A DNA stretch of 64,000 nt from assembly GCA_946965045.2 (NCBI GenBank), contig OX337236.1, positions 124,001-188,000 on the forward strand, read 5' to 3'. The first letter of the stretch is position 1; the number at the start of each line of letters is the position of its first letter. The position numbers and the translations under genes are program-made. Shown in pieces: positions 32,332 through 43,736 of the stretch. Under the pieces are notes generated by a model. The model was not told the origin of the DNA. It did not search any database and saw nothing but the letters and a program-made list of their open reading frames with translations. The stretch is from Epithemia pelagica (taxonomy: Eukaryota > Protista > Bacillariophyta).

Positions 32332-35300
32332 ATGTCTTTGTTGCCAATCGAGGACATTGAAGTAGATTTGAACTCCCCTGCTGTTTCCAGTCTTTCATCA
32401 GCGACATTCATGTATACCATGGCTCCCCAAGGAAAGAATCAACAGCAGTCATCTCAATCCTCCAAAGAAGCTCGACTATTGTCAGCAACTGGAGGTGACG
32501 ACAACAATGAAGAACCCACGAACCCACCGACAACAACCAATGAAAGAGAAAATGAAAACCAGGCGCCTCCTACAACAGCCAACAATGAAGACAACTCTCA
32601 ACAAGTTGCTGCTCCTGCTCCTACGGACGGGGGACCCTTGACACAAAGCCGAAAGGATGAAATCAAACAAGAGAAATCACATGTCTCGTTTTGTCCACCT
32701 CCGAAGAAGCTCTTTCGAAATTTCCAAAATTCGTTCTTTGGAAAAGTTCGTTACCTGAACTTCAAGAAATTGACCAGCACGAAGAAGACCTTAAAATCAA
32801 ACCCCGCTGTCAATTTGGGGAAAATGCCAGGTTTATTTTCGTGTCTGCAATTGTTAGAGTCAGCTTCTGATGAAGACAAAGAAATGAACGATGGCTATCA
32901 TTCCATTGTAAAGAAGCTTGTTGTTTGTCCACATTGCTTCGACGACCCGACTGTTAGTCTCGACAAATGTCTCCTTGGTCTTGGCAGAGGCCTTTCGTCC
33001 AACATCAGCACACACTTCGGTAAATACCACCCCGAAGTCGTGGAAGATACTGCCTCTGTTGCAACCAACCCTACTCAACAACCCATTTCCATGTATTCTG
33101 GCACAATGGTTAGCAAACAAGATGCCAGAGTAATGTTTCATCAGTCAATTTATAAGTTCGTGAATGACTGTGGTTTCCCGGCATCAACTGTTGAGAAGGA
33201 ATCGTTTAGAGATCTTCTTAAGTGTGCAATTGCCAACGCCCCAAAGCTCAAGGAAAAGGACTGTTCCATAAGCAACAAAGCAATCACTCGGATGAGATTG
33301 GAGTCCTACAATGATTTTCTCAAGACCGTTACGGAACTTGGAGAAAACGTACGACAAGCGTACCATGATCTATGCAACAAACCCATCGCCTTTTCTACGA
33401 TAACACACGACATCTGGCAGGGAAATGACAAGGATGTCCTTGGGGTTTGTTTGATGTTCACCGATCCTTGGAACTGTAAATCTTACAGACTTCCGATTGG
33501 CCTTTGCTCAACAAAGGGCCATACAGCAAAACAAGTAGCCGACCACACCTCATCAATCCTCAACGCTGTCGGCTTTACGCAACAAGACCTCTCTGCCTCC
33601 GTGAATGACAACACGAACTCCGCCGTGTTGGCTGGAAAGTATATAGTGGGTAATAAGACAGGCGGCAAGTGCGACATGCACAGGGCCGAACTGATCTTGA
33701 AACACTCCACAGGTCTGGCAGTCCGGAAAAAAAAGGCGAAGTGGTGGACAGTAACGAGGAATTCATGACTGTTTATAGAAAATTCTTCAAATTTGCAGCA
33801 TGGATGATGAGTTCGCGTGCCAAAAGATTTGAAAAGCTACGTTCCTACGCCCTAGAACATGGGAGGAAGGTCATCAAAGTCTCTATTGCCGAATACAACC
33901 CGTGTTGGAGGCTGCATCATTACCTTTCATGACCTATTCCGGAACAAATTTGTAACGGATATGTATGCAAAAGAGAAATTTGAGTACAAGGACGACGAAT
34001 TCATTAAACATTATCCCTCTGAAGAGGACTGGCAGCTCTTGGCCGAATTCGAGGGAATCTTGGCCCCACTCAAACAAGTCTCCATGTCACTCCAAGTTGA
34101 CGACCCTTCTGCATCGGCTTGTTCATTGCTGGAAATCTTCACCAGTAAGCATTGTGTGGAAGTTATGAAAGATAAGGGATAAGGGAGTGCCCGTGTTGAC
34201 TGTTACTGGGCCTAATGCACGCCCATGGGATGCCAGTCTCACCATCGCCAAGCTTCAATTGTATCGAGACATTGTAACATAGGACAAATTGTCAGAAAAG
34301 AGTCAATTGTTGATCGAGCGAGTACTTGTGGAATATACAAACTACATTCAGGAAGGCCATGACTCCCACGCTGAACACGCCATGTGTGGACATCCTTTCC
34401 TTGCATCTTATGGTCCCAACATACTGAAAACCATAAAGGTTTACGACGATGAGAGTCTTAAACGGATTCGGAAAGAATTTGTGATGGACATTGTCCGCAA
34501 GTTCTCGCAGCCAAAGAAGAATGGCACCAATCCCCAGTCCAAGTCGAATCAGCAGGAACGTGAACAACAAAAGGAAAGTACACCTGTGGAGATCATCGAG
34601 GACGAAGAGGAAGAGTCTTCAGTCCCAAAAGCTGTCTCGAATGTAATGGACTGCTTTAACATCTTCAAGACACATCGCATCACCAAGGAGAAAGAAAATG
34701 CTGCACTGATGGAGGCGACGGCAACAAGTACCAGTACAGATGACCAAGTTGATAGAGCCAAGCTATACAAGATGTGTGATGAACAGTTCGGACGCTATCT
34801 CGAATTCTGCGAGAACATTGTTCATGGATCCTGGGAGGACTTGATTTGCCAGTATCCCACTGCCGCATTTCTGAAACTATCTGGTTCGTGGAGCCGTGAA
34901 AAACGACAAGAATTCAAGTTGGCCTGTACGGAACACTATTTCCATGTCGTTGGGAAATATTTTGACGTCTTGAAATGGTGGTCGGACAACAAGATGCTAT
35001 TCCCCAAACTCTTTCCTAGTGCCTTGATTTGGATATCGAAACCTGCGACAAACGCATTCCAGGAACGCGTGTTCTCTCGGTCGTCGTTCATGGATAGGAA
35101 TCCCTTAATGAGACGCCAACAAGACAAGAACTTTGAAATGCGCACCATGGAAAGTATTACAAGGGAGGTGCGATCTGAGATTGTCAAGAATGAAAAGCTA
35201 CTCAAACAAGGCGCGACCTCCAACGAAAAAAAGGCAGCCAGTGGCCGCCAAGCAAAGAAGGTGATAGATCTCAGCCAGGAATCTAAAGGGGAAGAAGTCA

Positions 35301-36004
35301 GTCAGGTACAACAGACCGCACAACAACGCACCCCGGCAGCAGGAACACAAGTTCCTGTTGTCCCACTGGAAAAAGCCACACCAACACAATCCGATATGAC
35401 TCGGATGGAAACGGTACTACGAGCAACGTCGAAGCTGGAACTCTACGAACTGTCCGGAACTATTGGTGCCCACGGCATAACGGCGGAAACAAGTTACAAG
35501 TTCAAGTCAGTCAAAATGGTTGATAAGAAGACAGTTGTGAGCGATGCGACATGGGACAACGTCGAATTGGTTGATCTGGTAGACGATCCACGAGATGAAG
35601 ACCAACTAGAGGCTTTGGATCGAAAAGTTGTTGCTCCTTACGACGATGACGAAGACAAGGAAGATTCCGACACGGCGTTAAAAGAAGCCATCCAGGAAAG
35701 AAAGAATGAACTCATTCAACAAACCGCGTTGGAGAAGACTGTTGCTAGTCTGCCCGTTGCAAAAGCCAATGAAGGCACGAAAGGAGATAGTGGGAAACGT
35801 AAAGCCTCTTCAACTATTCAAAAAGGAAGGAAACGGACGAAACAGAATTCACTCTCTGAGGCACTCGCAAGAACTGTGGTTAGAACACCACGCCAGAAAG
35901 ACAATCGCAAACCACCCCCAACCCCAAACGACTCGCCAACGAGAAGAAGCTCAAGACTTGCAGAGAAGGAAGTCTCAAATGCGGACAATGACGGTACCAG
36001 TTGA
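32332..36004 (+). pseudogene. hAT transposase, disrupted
   Basis: BED-like CPHC..H, ITHDIW, NDNTN, CDMH, PNTTR, EEDW..LAPL, WW..FPKL..KPATNAFQERVFS; breaks at A8 33727-33734, near 33895, 7-bp duplication 34172-34185, TAG 34280-34282. Confidence 0.88.
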
Positions 36005-36106
36005 TCTCCGACCACGAACGTCACTGAAGGTGACAATGGAAGAAACGTCACGGAAACTATACATCCATAATTGCAGTGCATTTAGGTAAATACAATATAT
36101 TGACAG

Positions 36107-37949
36107 TCATTTAGTATATTCTTTTATCAACTGCAGAAAGAAATACTTGAGATGGCGAAGATTCGCTGGAAATTTAGATTCCGATTGGTCATGAGAGTGA
36201 GCCAAAATAAAAGACTCCATTTGTTCTTGGCACTTGCTTCTGGTCTGTGATTTGTTAAGTAGTTGTCCTAGAGAACCAAATAAAGGATTGATCTCCTCCC
36301 ATCGTTCTTTAGGAAGCCATGATTGAAGGTTCAAAGAGCATTCCATGCCGTCATTGATATGAGACTCCGTCCAATTGAGAACCTTAGTTGATCGGATAGC
36401 ATGAATATCTGAGGGAATTCCTTCCGTCCGGCCAAATGCCGTTTGTAGAATGATTGTTCCCGTCTTGTGGCCAATTCCAGGTAAGGTCATAAGCTCAGTA
36501 AGGGAAATGTCTTTAGGAATGCGACCTTTGTGTCGCTGGACGAAATAGTCCGCAGCGTTGACTATGCGTTCCGCATTGACACGATACCGTCCTGTTTCTG
36601 CAAACAAACTACAGAAAACATCCATCCCAAAATATGAAGACACTTCAATTGTTCCTTGTGCACTAGTGATGCCCGATTGGAATAAGCGAGGGATCACTTG
36701 AGAGAGACTTTGATCTGATGTGGCCGAGCTCATCAAGATAACAATGGGACACATGAAGGCTGGGTCAGAGTCTTCATATTCCGACATATTGTTGGTAATC
36801 CATTCGGACCATGTGTCTCTGGGGGCTTCCAAACCAGACTGAAGGAAATACCGACGTAAATGGGAAAGATTATCAAGTAAATACAGCCGGGAATCAATTG
36901 TGGATTGGTTTCTAATGGGGATGGAAGGGCGAAACATTCTGGTCATGACAGGTTTGGTAATTGCAGGTGTCCCAGGCATGTGTCTGTCGCCATAGACTAT
37001 CTGTTCCTTGGCGGCACATGATTGCAATAAAGCATGGCAGAAAACAGTTTTTCTTTGCCGAGTCAAGACATGGGCAGTGGGGGAAAATTGTCGCTTGGTC
37101 CAATATTCATCAATGACGGGAGAAGAAGCCCAATATTCATGGGTGACAGAAGTAGAAGCGTTGTTGCTATTTGGGCCCATGGTAGATTGAGAAGCTTTGG
37201 CAACTGGAGTTGATGGAGGACTTGTATCAATAGGAGGAGGGGACGTCGTTGTATCCAGTTTCATTGAGTAAGGGTCATCCTCCTTTGTGCTCTTCTTAGT
37301 ATGCGCAACAATGTCCTCAACAACGATGTCGATGCTTGGACTTATAAAAATAGGACACTCTGTCCGTAGGTCAAAGGAATTTCTAACCTGGATTCTGGCA
37401 TTGTGTCGGGTTATCCAGGTTAGAAGATTCCATTCCACGGAAAGTTTAGTGTAGTTGTTTTGCTGATGGTAATCGGCATTGAATTTTTGAAAAGCTCTGA
37501 GACCATTGGAGCAAGGCAAAGAAAATATTGGTCGGCATTTTCCTTCAATGGCGATGAAGGGGAGGTCGTCGGTGGGGGGGGTTCATCTCGTATGTGACTT
37601 GGAATGAGTCTTCTTCTTGGGAATACAGACCCGTAAACACTATTCGACAGACAGTGTTCAGTAAGCTTTCGAATGACATGCGACTTGGAGATAAACAAGG
37701 GTGGCTTGTGTTGGATGGATAGTCGACTTGTTGGTAGTGCAGACTTCCATTGTACCGGGTAAGCCACAGCAACACCACATCTTTTATGTTCTCCATTGCC
37801 AAGTCTTGTGTCGCCTTTTCCAAGGGAGTGGTTAACAAAGTTGAGTCCTCTAGCATCATGGTCATGAACGACATTGGAATATGGGTCACAGTGATGACTT
37901 GGTGACAAGTCACATCGAGGTTGATTGTAGGGTCATCTGATGCTTCCAT
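36107..37949 (-). CDS. Endonuclease III/NTH-like HhH-GPD DNA glycosylase with N-terminal extension; one frameshift at G8 37574-37581
   Basis: ILMSSATSD, LMTLPGIGHKTG (HhH, catalytic K), GIPSDIHAIR (catalytic D), WLPKERWEEIN; the 37545-37949 ORF joins the 36107-37519 ORF if the run is 7 nt. Confidence 0.88.
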
Positions 37950-38888
37950 TGTACTTGAATATTAGATGCATGGGGTTGGGGATGGGGAAATAATAGTGGC
38001 AATGAGAAATGAGAAGGGCGGGAAAACTGAAGGTTTTGTCGTTGATGGAAAGGAACAGAGGTAAAGGTGACAGGTGACAGTGGATTGGTGAATGTTGGGA
38101 GGTTGAGAGTTGTGAGTGTTGGTTGAACCTCTGTCGTGAGTCGTGAACGTTCTACTCCTCTGGGAGTGATATTGGTAAATATGTGCAGGAAGAGTGTGAA
38201 TAAATATGTAGAAACAGATAAGAGTGAATGGTTCCTCTGAATAAAAGTTGTTGTTTGTGACTACGACAACGAAGAAGTTGCAACTAATAGTTGTAACTAT
38301 GGAGGTGACAGAGGGATGAAGTTTAATTACAAGGGGCAAAGTTGCAACTTGGACTTGTTTAGTCTAGTTGCAGACTCAGAAAAGAAACTACGACTTTCAA
38401 AGTTAGTCTTAGTTAAGTTGCAGGTTCTTCATTGGAACCATATTTAATCTAGTCAAGTTAGTACCTTAGTCGTGTTAGACTATTAGTTGCAAGTTCATTC
38501 TGTATCGTGGTTTTGTGACTTGATTAGTTTAAGTTAAGTTAATCATACATGTTGAACTAACTAGTGGGTACAAGTCGCATCACAGTAAACTGTCTAATGA
38601 ATTATTAGTTGGGAAGTTAAGTCTAATGGCTGATTTTCCAACTTCCACACCCTGCCCCCAAACCCGAAACATTTCCCCGAGCCCCAAGTCAGCCCCGAGT
38701 CCGTCGGTTCCGCCCGCCCGCCCATCAATTGTGTCACGCCGCGCGCTGCATGCTCCATCATGGCGGTCGGCTGGCGACCTTCCCGGTACAAAACGCTGTT
38801 CGTGGCGGACGGTGCATCTCCTCTCTCACACTTTCTTTCTTCTCCCCATCTTTGTCCTGTGTGCTTCTGCTTGAGTGAATTCTAGACG

Positions 38889-39400
38889 ATGAGCGCCTCT
38901 CGAATTGAATACAGTGAAAAATATGCTGACGATGTGAACGAATACAGGTGAGAATAAAATTTTGGTTTGAAGGCAGCAAGATTTCGAGGCGACTTTCATA
39001 AGAATAGTCCTCCGTTGTGACATTTTCATCATTTTTTGTTCTTACGTTCTAATGTTGCATACGAACAGACATGTGATCTTGCCAAAGGAACTTGCGAAAA
39101 CTCTTCCGAAGTCACGTTTGTTGACGGAGTCTGAATGGAGGGGAATTGGGGTTCAGCAAAGCCGTGGATGGCAGCATTATGCAATTCATCGGTGAGTAGT
39201 TCGGCCATCTTAAGCAGGCCTCCAGACGTCATTCTCATATCAGTATTTGTTTCGACCTCGACAATCGCAGACCAGAGCCCCACATTCTGCTTTTTCGACG
39301 CCCCTTAGGAACCGATCCACAGAGTGGTCGAGTGGACGCAGAATTGGAACGCGCGGCTCGAGAGGAATACAAGAATCAGTTTGGTCTTCGACGCAAGTAA
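38889..39400 (+). CDS. CKS1: Cyclin-dependent kinase regulatory subunit; exons 38889-38947, 39069-39191, 39271-39400 (103 aa)
   Basis: [54 protein letters not shown] after removing two GTGAG...AG introns; 312 nt in frame. Confidence 0.96.
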
Positions 39401-39599
39401 AATTAGTTACGAATATTCCAGTCGTCCTATCTCAAACGGGGAGCACTCAATACACACCGTGCCCTTACCTCTCTGAACTGGCTTGTACCTGTGGTTGAGT
39501 CGTTTGGAATACGCATCTCACCGGGTCCTTTTTATCGAACGGCACTGAAACTAGTATTCATAATCCTTTGTGTTTGAGGAATTAAGGATTTTACATTGG

Positions 39600-40863
39600 C
39601 AGCTTTCTTGGCATCTTCTTGGGCATTGAACACGGAGTTCTTTCCCTTCGTTTTAGAACCGTGCCAGTCATTGCTGCTGCATAATTCATTATACTTAGTT
39701 TCGGCTAAGCGAAGTTAAACATCAACTTCCAAACCACCAGTGTCATCAGGATCCCCTTGAAGTTTACCAATGTCCCGTGCCATTGTGTAAGTTTGCTCGA
39801 TATAGCGGAAGTAAGAGTTAAATTTGCCAACGGATGAAGTTTGCATGACCTTTAGCACTTGCTGATTAAAGCGCTCTGGAACTTTCTTGACCCATTTCAA
39901 GCGCTTGTGTGCACCACGGATCAAACTTACAACACGAAGAACATTTTCACCTTGAAACTCATTAATCTTCAAATTCTTAACCAAATCTTTCAAGTGATCA
40001 ATAGCGGCTTCCGAACTTGAAACCAGGATGTTCATCATAATGACGAAGAGCAGAGGACCCCCTTGTTGAATGGTAGGGTAAGTCTCGAACTGTTCGTAGC
40101 ATTTTTCAAACAGACTTTGAGTCATGTTATTTTCCAGATGCTTGTAGGTTAGTACCAAATTCTCCCGGTACCAATCCTTCTTGGTCCAGCGGCGATACCA
40201 TTCACAACTTGCTGCAACTTCATCGGGAGTAACTTCCTCATAATTTAAATATAGATCTACAGTACGAGACTCGATACTCGGGGATCCCTTTGACTTGGGG
40301 AACACAATCGTGAACACGTCATGCATATCGTATACCATATGCGTGTCCTTGGTCTTGGAAATCATGATGGAAGTGTTGTAACACTCATCCAATTTCTTTT
40401 CATCGGTCAAACTCATACTCGTGAAAGTATATTTCGTTTGCGATGTCTTCACGGCCTCCTTGAAGAGATCTTGCTTCTTCTCCGAGGACATTTTCTCCCT
40501 GTTCTCTTTCCGATATAGAGGTCCTTGATCCGCGACACCATATCCCCTTGAACCTGGTTCCACCAGTTCAACTGCCAGTCCCCCAACCATGAATTGGGTA
40601 TCTGTATCTAACGGGTAGTCATTGCTCTTTGAACTCTTATCCGAATTGTTTTCATCGCTTGTTCTTCTCTGTCCTCTCTCATTAAGACCCTGAAGCGTTT
40701 CGTCGAGTGCTCGGAATCCAAAGTCGGATTCCCGATTGTCGGTTCCAGTCTGATCTTCCGCTGAGGCGTCTTGATAGTCCTCATCGTCTCCCGTGTTAGC
40801 CGGTGCTGCACCTGAAGCGGGTGAAACATTTGCCGAGTCTTCTGCTCGCGCCATTGTTCTCAC
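39600..40863 (-). pseudogene. gag: Truncated copia gag (premature TAA at 39715, no zinc knuckle or pol)
   Basis: GGPLLFVIMM..LKINEFQGENV..MQTSSV aligns with the gag at 769-1992; frame continues LRLAETKYNEL..DWHG after the stop. Confidence 0.7.
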
Positions 40864-41036
40864 CTTCTCTCTGTCCTATCTTGCCAGAGCACTCACTTCC
40901 TTGTCACCGTACGACCTTGGGAAACCTTCTACAGCGTAATACTTGGGCTCAGAACCTGCGAGTAGTGGAAAAGAACGGCGGTCTCTTTCCCATTGAGCAA
41001 TCCGTAAAAGGATACTTATTCTGATAATCACTATTA

Positions 41037-41204
41037 TGTTAGTCCTAAATTCTCACTAAATTCACTTGGATCTTTTCTTCAATATCTTTTGGATGAGTCA
41101 TTCCATCCATTCGTTCACATCTACGTCGCTCATCATTCGTGATTGATGAGTCTTGTTGCCGGGTATAAGCTTGCTACCCCAGCTATACTCGCATGTTCGC
41201 GACA
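41037..41204 (-). repeat. Possible 5' LTR of the gag relic
   Basis: TGTCGCGAACA...ACTAACA ends; shares TGTCG start and TGGGGTAGCA with the copia 1 LTR; no second copy in the window. Confidence 0.35.
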
Positions 41205-41237
41205 CAAGACACACTCTTGCGGTGGACGTTCATTGTA

Positions 41238-43736
41238 TTATTTATCAAATTCAAGAGTCATGACATACTGACAGATTGACGAACGCGCTTTCCGCTTGTC
41301 TGATTCTGAGATGGTTGCCACATTCGAGGAAATGGACCCACCTGTTGTTGTAGCCACCTTTCGTCGCTTTCGGCTTGTGGCTGCCTCACCCGCCTCTGAA
41401 CTCCAGTGGAACTGTTGAATAGTCTTCCAACCATTGTCAAACCGCTCGGGTGGCACAATAAAAACCAGAGAAAAGGGATCATCTTCAGAAAGACCAAAGG
41501 ATTTCCTTTGGCGAATATACTCGGGCCCTGATACGGTGTGGGTCTTTTGTAAAGTTATCTGAAGCCCAAGGTCAGCCCCAACCATCCCATCGACGTTACA
41601 GTATCCGTCGGGAGGCAAATGCAATGACTTCGATGATTTCAGCATTGGGAGTGCGTCGCTTCGCTCCTCATACGCCATTCCCTTTCCATTCGCTTTTACG
41701 GTGTCTTCAAATGCTGCAGCATCGGGGGATTCGTTTATCTTGTAGAAAGGATGGTTTCCGGTCGTCGAAAACAAGACATTGTTCTCATCAAGTTTTTCGG
41801 ACACGTTCACCCCTTGTTCGGTACCAGCAACCCCAGAGCCAAGTAGCTTACGACAGCGGGTTTTGATACCGATCTTTCTCATTCCTGCTTCGCCAAGGGA
41901 CAAGAATATGAGCACAGTTCGCTCAAAAGCGAGACCGATATCAGAAGCATCACGTTGGTTCCTCCACATAATGTCCTTATGAATCTTCTGTAGAATAATC
42001 TTTCCTGCTGCCTTGGCCGCCCCTGGAGAGACAAAATCAAGCGTCGCATACAACCTGTTGGGATTGTATCCATTCTCATCTTCTCCGGCACGAAGTGTGA
42101 AGAAACGCGTTAATAGTTTTTCGGAGGTAGAATCAGAGAAAGACGTCCCTTGAGCCAAGGCATTGAGCAGCGCTGGAGCATGCGTTTCAGCCTTTTCGGG
42201 TGTGATCTCAGCTATGCGTTTTCTATTTTTGTCGTTGTCTGTCAGATAACGGGGCAGTCCGCCCAAAATGTAGTAGTTCTCTTCCATGAAGAACAGCGTC
42301 TTGTCGAAGATGTGCTTGTTGGTTTGAAACACTCTAAGCGGTTCGTTAAACACCATGTACGGGAAAGCCACTTTCAGTTCCTCCAGTTCCCAAGGGCCGA
42401 GCACTAGTTCGGTCATTTCGCTGGAGGCCTTGAAGGCGCTTCCGAGGTGTCGGTCGTCTGGAGAAACGGGAATGAAGCGATGGCCACGTGAACTTATAAG
42501 TCTTGACGGAGTTGGTTCCACGGTTGGAGGGAACCAGGGTGGGTCGATCACAACGTCGAGAACGGAACAGTCGAGCCACTCCGCTGGTAGATTGATGCCT
42601 TCTTTGAGACGATAAACCGTCCACGCAGCACCGGCGGCTCCGTCGCCTTCTGACATGAACAAGTGCAAACTACGATTTTGATTATTCTGACCCTTCTCAA
42701 AAAGGATTGGCCTTCGTCGCTCTGCGTCTTGGTTCATGAGTGTTTTTATGTAGATCAAGGAAGCCCAACTCTTGCCGATACCGGGTGATCCGCGTACGGT
42801 GATTGTGACCGTGGCGTCATGCAGCAACCGCCGAGATTTCTGGAATGCGCACTCGACAACATCCCTCTGTTCTTTTCGAGTAACCACGTGAGGAGAAGCT
42901 GTGTCATCATCGAGTAGACTTTGCGACATTTGAGTGACTTCCACGCCTTTCCCCGCGGCTTGAGGCTGCGTGTCAGCAAACGTGCGATACGCGGCTGTCC
43001 ACCGCTCGTCCTTCTGCCACACAGCATCCAGAATGGCAGGAACCTGCTCGTTCGGAGCATTCGATACCCGTACATCAAGTATCGGTTCTGGAAACTCCAT
43101 GTCATTGTCCTCCTGATCTGGATCCAAGGACGGAGATGGAATGGCTTGCAGCAGTGTTGTTGGAATCAGGGGTGGGTCGTCTTCGTCTTCATCAAGAGGC
43201 TCGTCATCATCAAAATACACGTGTTCCGAATCGGCTTCCACAATCTTGGCATTGGGAATGGTCTCCTTTGCGTCTTGGTTGTCATTATCATCATCATCAT
43301 GTTTGCCCTTTTTGCCCTTTTTACCCTTTTTCTTTTTGCCACGAATTTGTTGTACCGCATAGAGTTTATTCTTGTGGTTGTTTTGTACAAGCTGCTGGGT
43401 TGGTTCGTCATGGAACACGGGTGCTACTTGTCCCCAAACCGTCGTGTTTAAAGCAGAAGAAGCAGATGTCATGAGCAAGGAGTGATGAGGCCACGAACAA
43501 TACGAACGGGTCGTTATTCGTCCATGGTGGTTGGATGGTCTCTGTGACACTGCAAAGAATGATACTGGTGCGGCCAAGGGCGTTGTGGATGTTGATGTTG
43601 TTGTGCGAATCACGTTTTTTTGTGGTTGCCATACAACTGTGTGGATTGCGGGTGGGGTTCGGATTCGATGACTTAAGAGCCGACGGCTACGAATGAATGG
43701 CAGCAAGGATGATGACGAGGATGATACGGATTTCAT
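41238..43736 (-). CDS. Chimeric ORF (832 aa): ~186 aa RRF leader fused to a Crinkler/RHS-type P-loop ATPase and restriction-endonuclease-like domain
   Basis: N-terminus identical to RRF; VRGSPGIGKS Walker A, LGPWELEEL, LGGLPRY, GLAFE, P..YCNVDG, LQITLQKTH, LVFIVPP..F. Confidence 0.8.
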   Translation of the reverse strand: MKSVSSSSSSLLPFIRSRRLLSHRIRTPPAIHTVVWQPQKNVIRTTTSTSTTPLAAPVSFFAVSQRPSNHHGRITTRSYCSWPHHSLLMTSASSALNTTVWGQVAPVFHDEPTQQLVQNNHKNKLYAVQQIRGKKKKGKKGKKGKHDDDDNDNQDAKETIPNAKIVEADSEHVYFDDDEPLDEDEDDPPLIPTTLLQAIPSPSLDPDQEDNDMEFPEPILDVRVSNAPNEQVPAILDAVWQKDERWTAAYRTFADTQPQAAGKGVEVTQMSQSLLDDDTASPHVVTRKEQRDVVECAFQKSRRLLHDATVTITVRGSPGIGKSWASLIYIKTLMNQDAERRRPILFEKGQNNQNRSLHLFMSEGDGAAGAAWTVYRLKEGINLPAEWLDCSVLDVVIDPPWFPPTVEPTPSRLISSRGHRFIPVSPDDRHLGSAFKASSEMTELVLGPWELEELKVAFPYMVFNEPLRVFQTNKHIFDKTLFFMEENYYILGGLPRYLTDNDKNRKRIAEITPEKAETHAPALLNALAQGTSFSDSTSEKLLTRFFTLRAGEDENGYNPNRLYATLDFVSPGAAKAAGKIILQKIHKDIMWRNQRDASDIGLAFERTVLIFLSLGEAGMRKIGIKTRCRKLLGSGVAGTEQGVNVSEKLDENNVLFSTTGNHPFYKINESPDAAAFEDTVKANGKGMAYEERSDALPMLKSSKSLHLPPDGYCNVDGMVGADLGLQITLQKTHTVSGPEYIRQRKSFGLSEDDPFSLVFIVPPERFDNGWKTIQQFHWSSEAGEAATSRKRRKVATTTGGSISSNVATISESDKRKARSSICQYVMTLEFDK

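Larger units (their letters stand above)
31743..38654 (+). mobile_element. hAT DNA transposon (6.9 kb) with 14-bp TIRs and a passenger DNA glycosylase gene
   Basis: TIR CAGGGTGTGGAAGT at 31743-31756 and its reverse complement at 38641-38654; AAGTTGCAA-type subterminal repeats at both ends; hAT transposase inside; flanking 8-mers differ (ACCCACAC vs CCCCCAAA). Confidence 0.88.
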
